From: an uncultured virus (IMG/VR IMGVR_UViG_3300044608_000911)
Lineage: Duplodnaviria; Heunggongvirae; Uroviricota; Caudoviricetes
Virus record (IMG/VR): IMGVR_UViG_3300044608_000911
Length of the DNA stretch: 64,000 bases
Direction: 5' to 3' (one strand)
Shown here: piece by piece, positions 46,998-55,875 of the stretch
How the letters are laid out: each line of letters begins with the position of its first letter
Numbering within the stretch: the stretch's first letter is position 1
Notes under the pieces: model-generated
Seen by the model: the letters and a program-made list of their open reading frames with translations, nothing else
The model's database searches: none
Told to the model about the DNA's origin: nothing
Made by a program: the position numbers and the translations under genes

Positions 46998-49868
46998 TTA
47001 ACTCTGTACTCTTAATGCCAGCGCCGCTAGTCCTGTAGAACTTGAACCACCAGCTGGTCCTGCTGCTGCTACCTGAGCACCGCTGCCCGCTTGAGTGTTA
47101 TTGTTATTAATAATTGTCGTTCCACCACCTCTGGTGTTTCTCATACTAGAACTGTAGGATGCCGATGCTTGTGCTACTTCATTGCCAGTAGTACGATTTG
47201 CTGGTGCCGTTGTTGGCATCGCTCTTAGAGAACCAGGAGAAGATCCAGATCCTCTACCACCTCCAGATCCAGTTGGTTTTTTAGCAGCTGCTGCTGTTGG
47301 AGTTGGAGTTCCAGATGGTTTTCCTGCTTTTGCTGCCACACCAGCTGGCATTCTGTAAATTTTACCTTTTCCACGATAATAAGAATTATATCCAGCAACT
47401 GTGTCTACCCAACTAAATTGTGCTCCACTCGAAGAATTAGAAATTACTTTTCCATCTGGTGTTATGACACCAATATGTTTCTGTCCAGGAGCAACATAGA
47501 GGTCTCCTGGTTGCGGGGAGGATACTTGAGTGTATCCAGCCTTGATCATCATTTCTTCTGCTGTAGGAACATATTCTGATGTTCCCCACGGTGTAGGAAT
47601 ACCAGCTTTAGCAAAAACTTTATTTACCGCCCAAACACAACCATTTCTACCACCATCAGGTGCCGCTTTACTCGACATTCCTTTCATGGAAGCAGCAGCT
47701 TGTGCTAAAGCAGCAGCACCTCCAGATCCTCTCATCGTACTACCAAAGTCTTTTGTGGCAGCAAGTTTAGCAGCATTTTTCATTCTATTTTCAAATCCAG
47801 CAGATCCTGCCTTTTCCCCAGATCGTTCAAATTTTTCCAAGAACATCGTAGCAGATTCTCTGGATGTTTTTGCTCCTTTTAAAGTTTTTAAGCTAAGTCC
47901 GCCAGCGCCAGTTCTCATTTCTTCCATAATCCACTGAAGCTGTGCTTCTCGTGTGTTCACATCCAAATCCTTTTGTTTTGCCCATTTTTCAAAATTTCCC
48001 CATCTGTTTTTATCCCACTGGGCAATTCCGCGATGTCCAGTAGCATTCTTTGCTTTTGGATCAATTCCAGCTCCAGATTCTTGCATTAAGTTACCAACAA
48101 TACCAGCAGCCTGATCTTTTGTTAATCCTTGGCTCATGAAATAATTCATTGCTTGAGCTTGTCCGCTAGTTCCACTGAAATCTCCAGCACCATTCAAATA
48201 ATCTGCTGGATTTCCAGTAGGAGCAGCTTGAGCAGCTCCACCAAGTAAAGTGGTTAAAGTTCCACTAAACAATGATCCAAGAACACCTCCAATTTTACCC
48301 CAAACACTAGCAAGATTTTTTCCTAATCTTTCTCCACCACCTTCATTTTCATAATATTGTCTCAGTCCTTGAGATTGAATTCTCGCAAAATCTCTACTAT
48401 TTGCTTTTTGAGCATCAATCATTCCTTCACCAAACAACTTAAACATTTGCTTGGATTTTGCCTTATCCCCACCAACCAAACCACCTTGATTATATGCTTT
48501 CCCCCCAGTAGGATTATTGGATCCACCACCCATCGCATTCATCGCCAATAGTGTACCTCTACCCCAAGCATTACCAGCAGCATTACTCATCACAACTTCG
48601 CCCTCATCGGCACGAATAGGCACATCATCAACAACACTCTTCTTACCACCAGTGACTAAACCTCCTCTAGCCATTCCTTTTCCACCACCAGATACATCTC
48701 TGGCAACATCAGCTGCCAGAAATCCCCACCCAATTGGTCCTGGTATCGCAGATCCTGCTGATAGAGCAGCGCCTAAAATATCACCTCTACTCAATGCTTC
48801 TCCAGCAAGTCCAAGACCAATTGCTGTTTGAGCACCTGGGATCATTCTTGCTGCTGTTTTTCCACCAATTTTCATCAATGCCTTGGCGCCGCCTTTACCA
48901 GCAACCGCTGCTCCAGCCCTTGGCAATACCCTAGCAGCTCCTCTTGCGCCGATGCCTGGTGCCGCTTTGCCGATGATCTTACCAGCTGCTCCCAAAGCAG
49001 TTCCAAGACCCAATCCACCGCCTCCACCACCGCTGGAACCACCACCAGTAAGTGAACCCAATCCACCAGTTGGAGTGATAAATCCAGAATTATCAGTTCC
49101 AGCTTCCAATGCTTTTTCTTCATCTCTTGCTAGAGATCTATTTGCAATCTTTTCTGCTGATGATTTCGCATTCTGAGCAATTTGCTTGTCTGCCGCTGTT
49201 TGTGCTTTTACAGCATCAACCAAAGAACTAACTACATTCGTTAAATTATCAACAGATCCTACAACTGCTTCATCTCCTTTAGTCATGAGAGAAGAAGCAC
49301 TAGAAATTCCTGGTGCTGCTGCTGATGCTACACTCGCAGTAGCATTTAACTGTGATTTTGATTTTTTTAGAAATTCCTTTCTTTCTTCACTACTAAGATA
49401 TCTTCCAGTTTCTGGGTCTACTCCAGTTTGTGCTGCTTTGAAAAATGCTTCGCTATCTAATTTTTTTGGAGCAGCAGAAATACCAGAAAGATTTGTAAAT
49501 GTTCCACCTTTTGTTGGAGATGCTCCACCAGGAAGTCTTGGTCCCCCTGGTGGTAGTGCTAATTGTTCTTTTTTTACAATAGCATCAGATCCAGCACCAA
49601 GGACACCAGCAACAGCAGATTGCTTGAGCATCTTTAGTGCTGGTGGTTCACTCTTTTGTGCTTTTGAGGCAGTAACATCAGAAACTCTTACCGCTTTTAA
49701 TCCTGGATCATAGATATCTGGTTTTGGAGTTGTTGCTAATGCGCCACCACTTTCTTCTTTTTTTTCTTTCTCTTCCTTCTCTTTGTTTAGTTTTTTCCAC
49801 AACCATTCAACGTTTTTCCAGAAGTTATCTCCTGATACTGGTGTGGGTGTAAGAAAACCGTGTGCCAT
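46998..49868 (-). CDS. tape-measure-like tail protein with tail-lysozyme and NlpC/P60-CHAP-like domains
   Basis: Ala/Gly-rich; AAGIVGNLMQES...GIAQW...FERS (phage tail lysozyme); GCVWAV...PQPGD...HIG. Confidence 0.75.
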   Translation of the reverse strand: MAHGFLTPTPVSGDNFWKNVEWLWKKLNKEKEEKEKKEESGGALATTPKPDIYDPGLKAVRVSDVTASKAQKSEPPALKMLKQSAVAGVLGAGSDAIVKKEQLALPPGGPRLPGGASPTKGGTFTNLSGISAAPKKLDSEAFFKAAQTGVDPETGRYLSSEERKEFLKKSKSQLNATASVASAAAPGISSASSLMTKGDEAVVGSVDNLTNVVSSLVDAVKAQTAADKQIAQNAKSSAEKIANRSLARDEEKALEAGTDNSGFITPTGGLGSLTGGGSSGGGGGGLGLGTALGAAGKIIGKAAPGIGARGAARVLPRAGAAVAGKGGAKALMKIGGKTAARMIPGAQTAIGLGLAGEALSRGDILGAALSAGSAIPGPIGWGFLAADVARDVSGGGKGMARGGLVTGGKKSVVDDVPIRADEGEVVMSNAAGNAWGRGTLLAMNAMGGGSNNPTGGKAYNQGGLVGGDKAKSKQMFKLFGEGMIDAQKANSRDFARIQSQGLRQYYENEGGGERLGKNLASVWGKIGGVLGSLFSGTLTTLLGGAAQAAPTGNPADYLNGAGDFSGTSGQAQAMNYFMSQGLTKDQAAGIVGNLMQESGAGIDPKAKNATGHRGIAQWDKNRWGNFEKWAKQKDLDVNTREAQLQWIMEEMRTGAGGLSLKTLKGAKTSRESATMFLEKFERSGEKAGSAGFENRMKNAAKLAATKDFGSTMRGSGGAAALAQAAASMKGMSSKAAPDGGRNGCVWAVNKVFAKAGIPTPWGTSEYVPTAEEMMIKAGYTQVSSPQPGDLYVAPGQKHIGVITPDGKVISNSSSGAQFSWVDTVAGYNSYYRGKGKIYRMPAGVAAKAGKPSGTPTPTAAAAKKPTGSGGGRGSGSSPGSLRAMPTTAPANRTTGNEVAQASASYSSSMRNTRGGGTTIINNNNTQAGSGAQVAAAGPAGGSSSTGLAALALRVQS

Positions 49869-50032
49869 TAGCGTTGTGCTGCTCGTTCTTGTTCTTGTCT
49901 ATCTTGTTCCAGATACTGCATCAGAAGAGTAGTATAAACCTGCCTCTCCCATGGCATCATATTTTCAATATCAGTCAAGCTATATTTATGGTGCTGCATC
50001 AAAGCAAAGTTGGTTTTATAGTACCCTTCCAA
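49868..50032 (-). CDS. gp51: gp51 baseplate hub assembly protein (possibly made as a -1 frameshift extension of gp26)
   Basis: Hand-translated (L)EGYYKTNFALMQHHKYSLTDIENMMPWERQVY...; TAATG-coupled to the next gene. Confidence 0.85.
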   Translation of the reverse strand: MEGYYKTNFALMQHHKYSLTDIENMMPWERQVYTTLLMQYLEQDRQEQERAAQR

Positions 50033-50062
50033 ACTGTTATGGAAGAGTGCTATCCGAAAAAA
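50023..50062 (-). promoter_or_regulatory. candidate -1 ribosomal frameshift signal
   Basis: In-frame T-TTT-TTC heptamer (50056-50062); 9-bp hairpin starting 7 nt downstream. Confidence 0.65.
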
Positions 50063-50766
50063 TTGGTCAGTCCCGAAATCGTGTACTCAGAAACAATTCC
50101 AGTTTTTGGATTTTTGAGAGAAAATGTATGTTCTAGTCTTGGTGTATCAGCAAAAAACTGCTGTACTTTCTCAAATTGCTTGTTTGTAAATCCTTCAACA
50201 AATTCAATAAATTCTTTTTTACTGGTTGTTGAACTATCATAAACATCTTCACCGTTGTAAATTTGATCAATACAATCAGCAAGATTTTCAATTACTCCAT
50301 CAGCGGTGATAGGAGCACCAAGAATAGAAGTTTTGATAAAATCGTCAAATGATGGATATTTCATGATCACACCCATTTCATCAGTGAGATCAATTTTGTT
50401 AGAATGTCCTTCTGGTTTATTTACTTTGACTTCTAGTAAATTGAGATTATATTTTACAACAGTCTCTTCATCATCTCTACAGGTGATATTCATCTCAATT
50501 GTTTCACCAACCGAAACGGCACGAATTTGAAGAAAAATGTATTCTAGGTCAAAAGATGCCAATTCTTCAACTTTGATACCTTTAGTTTGAATACAACCTT
50601 TCAGCAATGTCTTCATTGCCTCTTCAACTTGTTTTTCGTCATTTGTCTCTAATGCCAGTAAAAGCAGTTTTTCTTCTTTTACTACAAATGGACGATATTT
50701 GATTTTTTTGCCATTAGATGGAATTTCCAACTCATACGTTGGAAGAACAACTTGTGGTAATGCCAT
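50050..50766 (-). CDS. gp26: gp26 baseplate hub assembly protein
   Basis: MALP...P.YEL..PS....KYRPF.VKEEK.LL; FD.EYIFL.IRA.SVGE; ends NFFG. Confidence 0.9.
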   Translation of the reverse strand: MALPQVVLPTYELEIPSNGKKIKYRPFVVKEEKLLLLALETNDEKQVEEAMKTLLKGCIQTKGIKVEELASFDLEYIFLQIRAVSVGETIEMNITCRDDEETVVKYNLNLLEVKVNKPEGHSNKIDLTDEMGVIMKYPSFDDFIKTSILGAPITADGVIENLADCIDQIYNGEDVYDSSTTSKKEFIEFVEGFTNKQFEKVQQFFADTPRLEHTFSLKNPKTGIVSEYTISGLTNFFG

Positions 50767-50789
50767 TATGTTTAGACCAGATCATATGT

Positions 50790-50797
50790 ATATTTAG
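50790..50797 (-). promoter_or_regulatory. late promoter variant
   Basis: CTAAATA upstream of gp26. Confidence 0.6.
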
Positions 50798-50800
50798 CGC

Positions 50801-50860
50801 GACTTTTTCAGCGATTTTTTGGCGGAAAAATTTTTTCCAATTTCATAGAATTGAAAATCA
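50801..50860. repeat. intergenic repeat, copy 1
   Basis: ACTTTTT...TTGGCGGAAAAATTTTTTCC...TGAAAATCA. Confidence 0.6.
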
Positions 50861-51595
50861 CGTTTTGGAACCAGGAACTACCTTTTGTTGAACATCTGCT
50901 TTTGCTTTGCCAGTATACATTCCGTTTAAAGTACCAGCCACAGAAGTAATGTTATTAGGAATAGTATAGTGTCTGGAATATGAGAACTGTGCTGAGACCT
51001 GAGTGATCTGAGAGTTTCCATAGGACAATGGTATTGCGTCAATCGCATATGGATACGCATTTTCTAAGACGTAAGTAATTGGAGCTCTTTGATTTGCTGC
51101 GTATGGTCCTTGTTCTGTCTTACTGATCAACATAGTACAAGCATATTCATCTCTATATTTTAGACGAACTGCTCTATTTTCTGGTCGTATACTTGTTGTA
51201 GCCAAAGATTGTAGTTGGGATAATGACTTATTGTTCTGTTGATCTTGCCATTCTTGAACCGTTCCTAACTTTCCATCGCCACTAAAAATAAAATCCAACC
51301 ATTTGTTCAAAAATTTCAATGCTGATAGATTAGCATCCAGCATAAATCCAAGTTGTAATTCAGTGTACACTCTTGTATGTGGATATTGTACAGTGCCACT
51401 GCCAACATACAATCCATTAACACTGCCTTGAGCAGTATTGGTGTTAGGTAGCTGAGCTTCATTACAAAACAATGACACGATGGTATCTAAGTCATTGAAA
51501 GTAACTTTAGGATTAATGAACTTAACCTCAAAGTTATTACTATATGACATTCCGCCATACTTAGCAATAGTATTGATGAAGTTATTTACTGACAC
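50858..51595 (-). CDS. tail tube-like protein (gp54/gp19 family)
   Basis: C.EAQLP...G...YP..R.Y..L.L.F; L.NAYP..I....LSY...V...F.Y. Confidence 0.7.
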   Translation of the reverse strand: MSVNNFINTIAKYGGMSYSNNFEVKFINPKVTFNDLDTIVSLFCNEAQLPNTNTAQGSVNGLYVGSGTVQYPHTRVYTELQLGFMLDANLSALKFLNKWLDFIFSGDGKLGTVQEWQDQQNNKSLSQLQSLATTSIRPENRAVRLKYRDEYACTMLISKTEQGPYAANQRAPITYVLENAYPYAIDAIPLSYGNSQITQVSAQFSYSRHYTIPNNITSVAGTLNGMYTGKAKADVQQKVVPGSKT

Positions 51596-51626
51596 GCTAA
51601 ATACCTATGTTGGTACAACTATATTT

Positions 51627-52058
51627 ATGGCATACTCTGGGTTATACAAACCTGTAAATCCTAGTAAGTATCGTGGAAACCCAACTCGTGTTATCTATAG
51701 GTCGCTATGGGAACGAAAGTTCATGGTGTTCTGTGATAACAACTCCTCAATAATAGAGTGGGGGAGCGAAGAGGTAATCATTCCTTATCGTGCTCCCGAT
51801 GGTAAGGTGAGGCGATACTATCCAGATTTCTACATCAAGGTTCGTGAAAAGGATGGAAAGATCTCCAAGTATATTATTGAGATTAAACCCAAAAGACAAA
51901 CTCAACCCCCGAATGAAAAAAACAAACGCACAACTGCCTATCGTGAAGCAGTTTTAACATTCGCAAAGAACCAAGCTAAATGGTCCGCTGCTCGTGAGTA
52001 TTGTGAAGATAGACAGATGAACTTCTTGATACTCACCGAAGACCATTTAGGAGTATAA
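51627..52058 (+). CDS. gp4: gp4 head completion nuclease
   Basis: AYSG..KP.NP.KY.G...YRSLWE...W.SEE..IPY...YYPDF...IEIKP; CTAAATA upstream. Confidence 0.92.
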   Translation: MAYSGLYKPVNPSKYRGNPTRVIYRSLWERKFMVFCDNNSSIIEWGSEEVIIPYRAPDGKVRRYYPDFYIKVREKDGKISKYIIEIKPKRQTQPPNEKNKRTTAYREAVLTFAKNQAKWSAAREYCEDRQMNFLILTEDHLGV

Positions 52059-52060
52059 CA

Positions 52061-52747
52061 ATGGCACAAGGATTCGCAGCAATTCAAAGAAACAAAGTCA
52101 ATAAACAACCAGGATACAAAACACTCTTTGAAAGAGTAACAGCAGCAACTGGTGGAGAAGCAAAGAGTTATAGTTGGTATCTCGCCGCAGTAAAATCAGA
52201 GGCAGGAAAATACAAGAAAAATTTTAATAAGTATGTTCTAGATGAAAAAAGTGATAAAGGTGGTCTAGCAAAAGAACAAGACCAAAATGAACTAAGAAAA
52301 TTTGTAGTTCAAGGTCACCTTTATATGTTTGAATACAAGGCAAAAATGAAATGGTTGCCTTACTATGATAGATTTCCTCTAGTTTATGTTTTTAAATCAA
52401 GTAAAGATGAATTTTGGGGGGCAAATCTCCATTACTTACCTATCAAAAAAAGAATTATTGCCGTCAAAAAATTGATGGAAGGAAAAATTGATATGCCGAA
52501 GGCATGTTTCCATAAATACATACACGATCATGTCCAGGGATTATATATTGATCTTGCTTCTGCTGAATGGGACACTGCTATTCTTCTACCCACAGAAGAT
52601 TTTGTCAAAGATGTGAATGGTGTCAAATTTCCTATCAACAAAGAAGAGGTTTGGAAAGAAACACTTGACAAATATTATGACAAAATTACTGGTCACAGAA
52701 CAATAAAAGGATACGGAACAAAGCAAAGTAGGGAGATGACACAGTAA
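52061..52747 (+). CDS. gp2: gp2 DNA end protector
   Basis: MF.Y.AK...LPYYD.FPL...G.NLHYL. Confidence 0.9.
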   Translation: MAQGFAAIQRNKVNKQPGYKTLFERVTAATGGEAKSYSWYLAAVKSEAGKYKKNFNKYVLDEKSDKGGLAKEQDQNELRKFVVQGHLYMFEYKAKMKWLPYYDRFPLVYVFKSSKDEFWGANLHYLPIKKRIIAVKKLMEGKIDMPKACFHKYIHDHVQGLYIDLASAEWDTAILLPTEDFVKDVNGVKFPINKEEVWKETLDKYYDKITGHRTIKGYGTKQSREMTQ

Positions 52748-53841
52748 TGTCGTATGATCCATGGAAATCTGGAGAATTATTAATAACTCCTGGCATGACT
52801 ATGACTGCCACTGGGCAAGTTAAAGATGTAGATGGAAAACCAGTTGCTTCTGCCTCAACTGCGGCTGCTAATAAAGTAGCTCAGGAAAATGCTGTAAAGG
52901 AACAGGAAAAAATTACAATATCTGGTCCCAAAAAATCAAGTGTTACTGCTGGATCCAGTAATGCTTTACGATATCCAAACAATCCTCCCATTGGAGCAGA
53001 AACTGACTACGTAGTGTTTGAATTTTACGAATACAATCCTCCATTTAAAAATGATGGAAGTACCTCTGAGTTTGGATTGGAATCTTTAGCAAAATATAAT
53101 TCTTCCGTTGAACAATATAATCCAACCAATTTAAAATCTATCATTCTTTATATGCCAGAAGATATATCAACTGGTTTCAAAGCAAATTGGACTGGCAAGA
53201 ATTTTAGCAATATTGGTGCTGGTATTTTAAGAACTGCTGGCGGAACCGATCTTATGGCAAAACTTAAAAGTTTTGGTGAAACAGCAAATGAAGGTTTGGA
53301 TAGGTTTACAACAATTGCTGGAGCGCAAATAATATCAGGAGCAATTAGTAAAATTACTGGAGAAAGTGTATCTCTTGATGATATTTTTTCTAGCACCCGT
53401 GGAGTAATTCTCAATCCAAATACAGAACTTTTATTTACTGGATTGGATCTTCGTAACTTTACTTTAACATTTAAACTAGTTCCTAGAAATGCTTCTGAAG
53501 CAAACCAAATAGAAGAAATTATTAGAACCTTCAAAAAAGCAATGCTCCCATACGCCAATTCTGGAGCAGAAGCTTTGAAAGAATCATTTGATGAACAAGG
53601 TTATCAAGCTGGATTTATCAAAGTTCCAGACCTAACTAAGGTTACATTCATGCGTGGATCTGATTTAAATAAGAATGTTCCACAGTTTAAAATGTGTGCT
53701 CTTACTCAAGTTGATGTGAACTATACGCCAGATGGAACATATGCCACAACAAGAGATGGACGTATGGTTGCTTATCAAATGAGTTTAAACTTCCAAGAAA
53801 CAAAACTCATCTTCAGAGAAGATGTAAACGCAGGATACTAA
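52747..53841 (+). CDS. gp48: gp48 baseplate-tail tube cap
   Basis: LYMP...NPN.ELLF...R.F...FKL.PRN..EA; V.Y.PDG; L.FQE. Confidence 0.88.
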   Translation: MSYDPWKSGELLITPGMTMTATGQVKDVDGKPVASASTAAANKVAQENAVKEQEKITISGPKKSSVTAGSSNALRYPNNPPIGAETDYVVFEFYEYNPPFKNDGSTSEFGLESLAKYNSSVEQYNPTNLKSIILYMPEDISTGFKANWTGKNFSNIGAGILRTAGGTDLMAKLKSFGETANEGLDRFTTIAGAQIISGAISKITGESVSLDDIFSSTRGVILNPNTELLFTGLDLRNFTLTFKLVPRNASEANQIEEIIRTFKKAMLPYANSGAEALKESFDEQGYQAGFIKVPDLTKVTFMRGSDLNKNVPQFKMCALTQVDVNYTPDGTYATTRDGRMVAYQMSLNFQETKLIFREDVNAGY

Positions 53842-53842
53842 A

Positions 53843-54472
53843 ATGTTTTTTTCAATCGTTCCCAATATCTCATACGATGAGAAACCAATCAGTTATCCTT
53901 TCTCTGAAGCAGACTTCATTACTGCTAAGAACTTCTTTCGTAGATATAAAGTTAATGATGAAGTCTTCTCTTACGTTGTATTCTTCACAAAATATACAAT
54001 CAACGATGGTGAAAGACCAGATACATTAGCAGACAAACTGTATGGTAATCCATTTTATGATTGGGTGATCCTACTAACAAATAATATGGTGAATGCTCAA
54101 TATGATTGGCCGATGACCAATTATGAATTATCTAAAGTAGCAGAGAAAGAATTTGATGATCCATACGGAACCATTCATCACTATGAAACCTATGAGTATG
54201 GTCCATATCCAGAAGGATTACATGTAGATCAGACTTTTTATAATACAACCCACAAATTAAATATAAATGGTCAAATAGTGGTGAAAAGCGGCAACGAGTT
54301 ATGCCGTCCAGTCACAATTATAGAACATTATACACAAGAGAACGAGAAAAAAAGAAAAATTTATCTTCTAAAACCAAGATACCTACAATCATTTGTAGAT
54401 GATTTCAGAAAGCAAAATCTCTACAAGAAATCTGGTAACTACGTCACTCAGCAACTCAAAAAAACTGGTTGA
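53843..54472 (+). CDS. gp53: gp53 baseplate wedge protein
   Basis: LysM-like I.DGERPD.LA...YG....WVILL.N; HHYET. Confidence 0.9.
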   Translation: MFFSIVPNISYDEKPISYPFSEADFITAKNFFRRYKVNDEVFSYVVFFTKYTINDGERPDTLADKLYGNPFYDWVILLTNNMVNAQYDWPMTNYELSKVAEKEFDDPYGTIHHYETYEYGPYPEGLHVDQTFYNTTHKLNINGQIVVKSGNELCRPVTIIEHYTQENEKKRKIYLLKPRYLQSFVDDFRKQNLYKKSGNYVTQQLKKTG

Positions 54473-54543
54473 ACTTTTTAGACAAAAAATTGGCGGAAAA
54501 TTTTTTTCCCGCCAATGAAAATCAATTTTTGATTTTGAAATCA
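54472..54543. repeat. intergenic repeat, copy 2 (hairpin between convergent gp53 and gp32)
   Basis: ACTTTTT...TTGGCGGAAAATTTTTTTCCCGCCAA-TGAAAATCA. Confidence 0.6.
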
Positions 54544-55452
54544 GTCTTCTTCAGCTAGACGAGCGAAGTAACTGAGAGCATCGTCATCATCCACGACTGC
54601 TTCTTCCTTCACTGGAGTGGGGACAGCAGCAACACGGGAACGGAACGAAGGCAGGGCAGGTTCTTCTGCCACAGGTTCAAAGTCTTCCTCATCTTCACTA
54701 TAGGAAGGGCGAGCAGGACGGGAAGTAACGCCAAGCACGAGGTTCAGACGTGCTTCCAGTTCTTCGTAGGTCTTGAAACTATCAGGAGCAGTGAAGGCTG
54801 CGAGAGAGTATTCACTCTTCCAAACTTTCTCAAGTTGAGTGTCATCAGCAGACAGAGCAGAGACACTATCAAACTCAGAACTGTCGTAGTTCCAGTAACC
54901 AGCAACCTTCTTGATCTTCAGTTTGAAGTTAGCACCTTCCCAAAGATCGAACACATTCACAGGGGTTTCATCTTGAAACTCAGGTTGCATCGCAGCAAGG
55001 ATCTTATCATGGATCTTCTTGCCATACTTATAGAGGAACACACGACCCTCATTCTCAGGGTTCTTAGGATCTTTCACGACATAGATATTGCTGTAGTAAG
55101 AGAGCTTACGCTTCTGCTTACGAGCAGTCTCTTTGTCTTCATCACTACCGCTGTTCCAGAGACGGCGGTTGATCTCACCAACGGGATCTTTCTCGTTGAG
55201 AGTAGTCAGACTGTTTTCAATATACCATCCACCAGGACCTTGAAAGGCATGGGAATAGACTTTCGCCCAGGGAACAGTCTCACCTTCAGGGGCGGGCAGG
55301 AAGCGGATAACAGCGTAACCATTACCAGCAGCATCAACTTCTGGTTTCCAGAAACGTTCATCAACGTTCTTACCGCTGGCAGACTTCTCAAGTTCCTTCT
55401 GGAGGAACTCAAAGTTGTTCTGGGATTTACGCTTAAGATCAGCAAAGGACAT
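54541..55452 (-). CDS. gp32: gp32 single-stranded DNA-binding protein
   Basis: SFADLK; D.RFWK...GNG.AVIRFLP; WYIEN; GANFKLK; acidic tail. Confidence 0.95.
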   Translation of the reverse strand: MSFADLKRKSQNNFEFLQKELEKSASGKNVDERFWKPEVDAAGNGYAVIRFLPAPEGETVPWAKVYSHAFQGPGGWYIENSLTTLNEKDPVGEINRRLWNSGSDEDKETARKQKRKLSYYSNIYVVKDPKNPENEGRVFLYKYGKKIHDKILAAMQPEFQDETPVNVFDLWEGANFKLKIKKVAGYWNYDSSEFDSVSALSADDTQLEKVWKSEYSLAAFTAPDSFKTYEELEARLNLVLGVTSRPARPSYSEDEEDFEPVAEEPALPSFRSRVAAVPTPVKEEAVVDDDDALSYFARLAEED

Positions 55453-55507
55453 AGGATTACCTCGGATTTGTTTAGATTTGGTCTTTGTGACGCCCAATCA
55501 CCTACTC

Positions 55508-55565
55508 ATAATACCAGGGCACAGGGTCGGGTGTCAATCCCCTGTGCCACTTTCCAATTTGGATC
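55508..55565 (-). promoter_or_regulatory. gp32 promoter with half-degenerate palindrome
   Basis: TTGACA-N18-TATTAT; GTGCCACTT half-site at 55544, 30 nt from the -10. Confidence 0.65.
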
Positions 55566-55875
55566 TCATGACATGAATTCTGTCTAACAGTTCGTCAAAC
55601 ATTTTTTCAATAGGGGTATCTGGTGTGGCACCAAGCATGATGATACCCTGCTTCATCGTTTCACAAACAGATTTAGCTTCGGGATCATCGCTGAGTTTGA
55701 TGCGATAGTAAAATACTTTCTGCTTCTCAACCAATCGTTCAAGAGCATCAAAGTATTCTAGTTTCCTTTCATGATCAAGAAGAACAAAGTTCATCGCAGA
55801 ACGAAAGCAGAACTGTTGTAGTTCCACCATCTCTTGAATGTCCCCACGGACTAATTCTGATTGAAAGAAGCTCAT
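55534..55875 (-). CDS. DUF1825-like protein
   Basis: MSFFQSELV...EKQK.FY.R..LSDDPEA. Confidence 0.75.
   Translation of the reverse strand: MSFFQSELVRGDIQEMVELQQFCFRSAMNFVLLDHERKLEYFDALERLVEKQKVFYYRIKLSDDPEAKSVCETMKQGIIMLGATPDTPIEKMFDELLDRIHVMRSKLESGTGD

Noticed and set aside
54835..55587. 250-aa antisense ORF over gp32 (likewise 8062..8685 over the methyltransferase)
   Set aside because: Shadow frames of well-supported genes; no independent signals.
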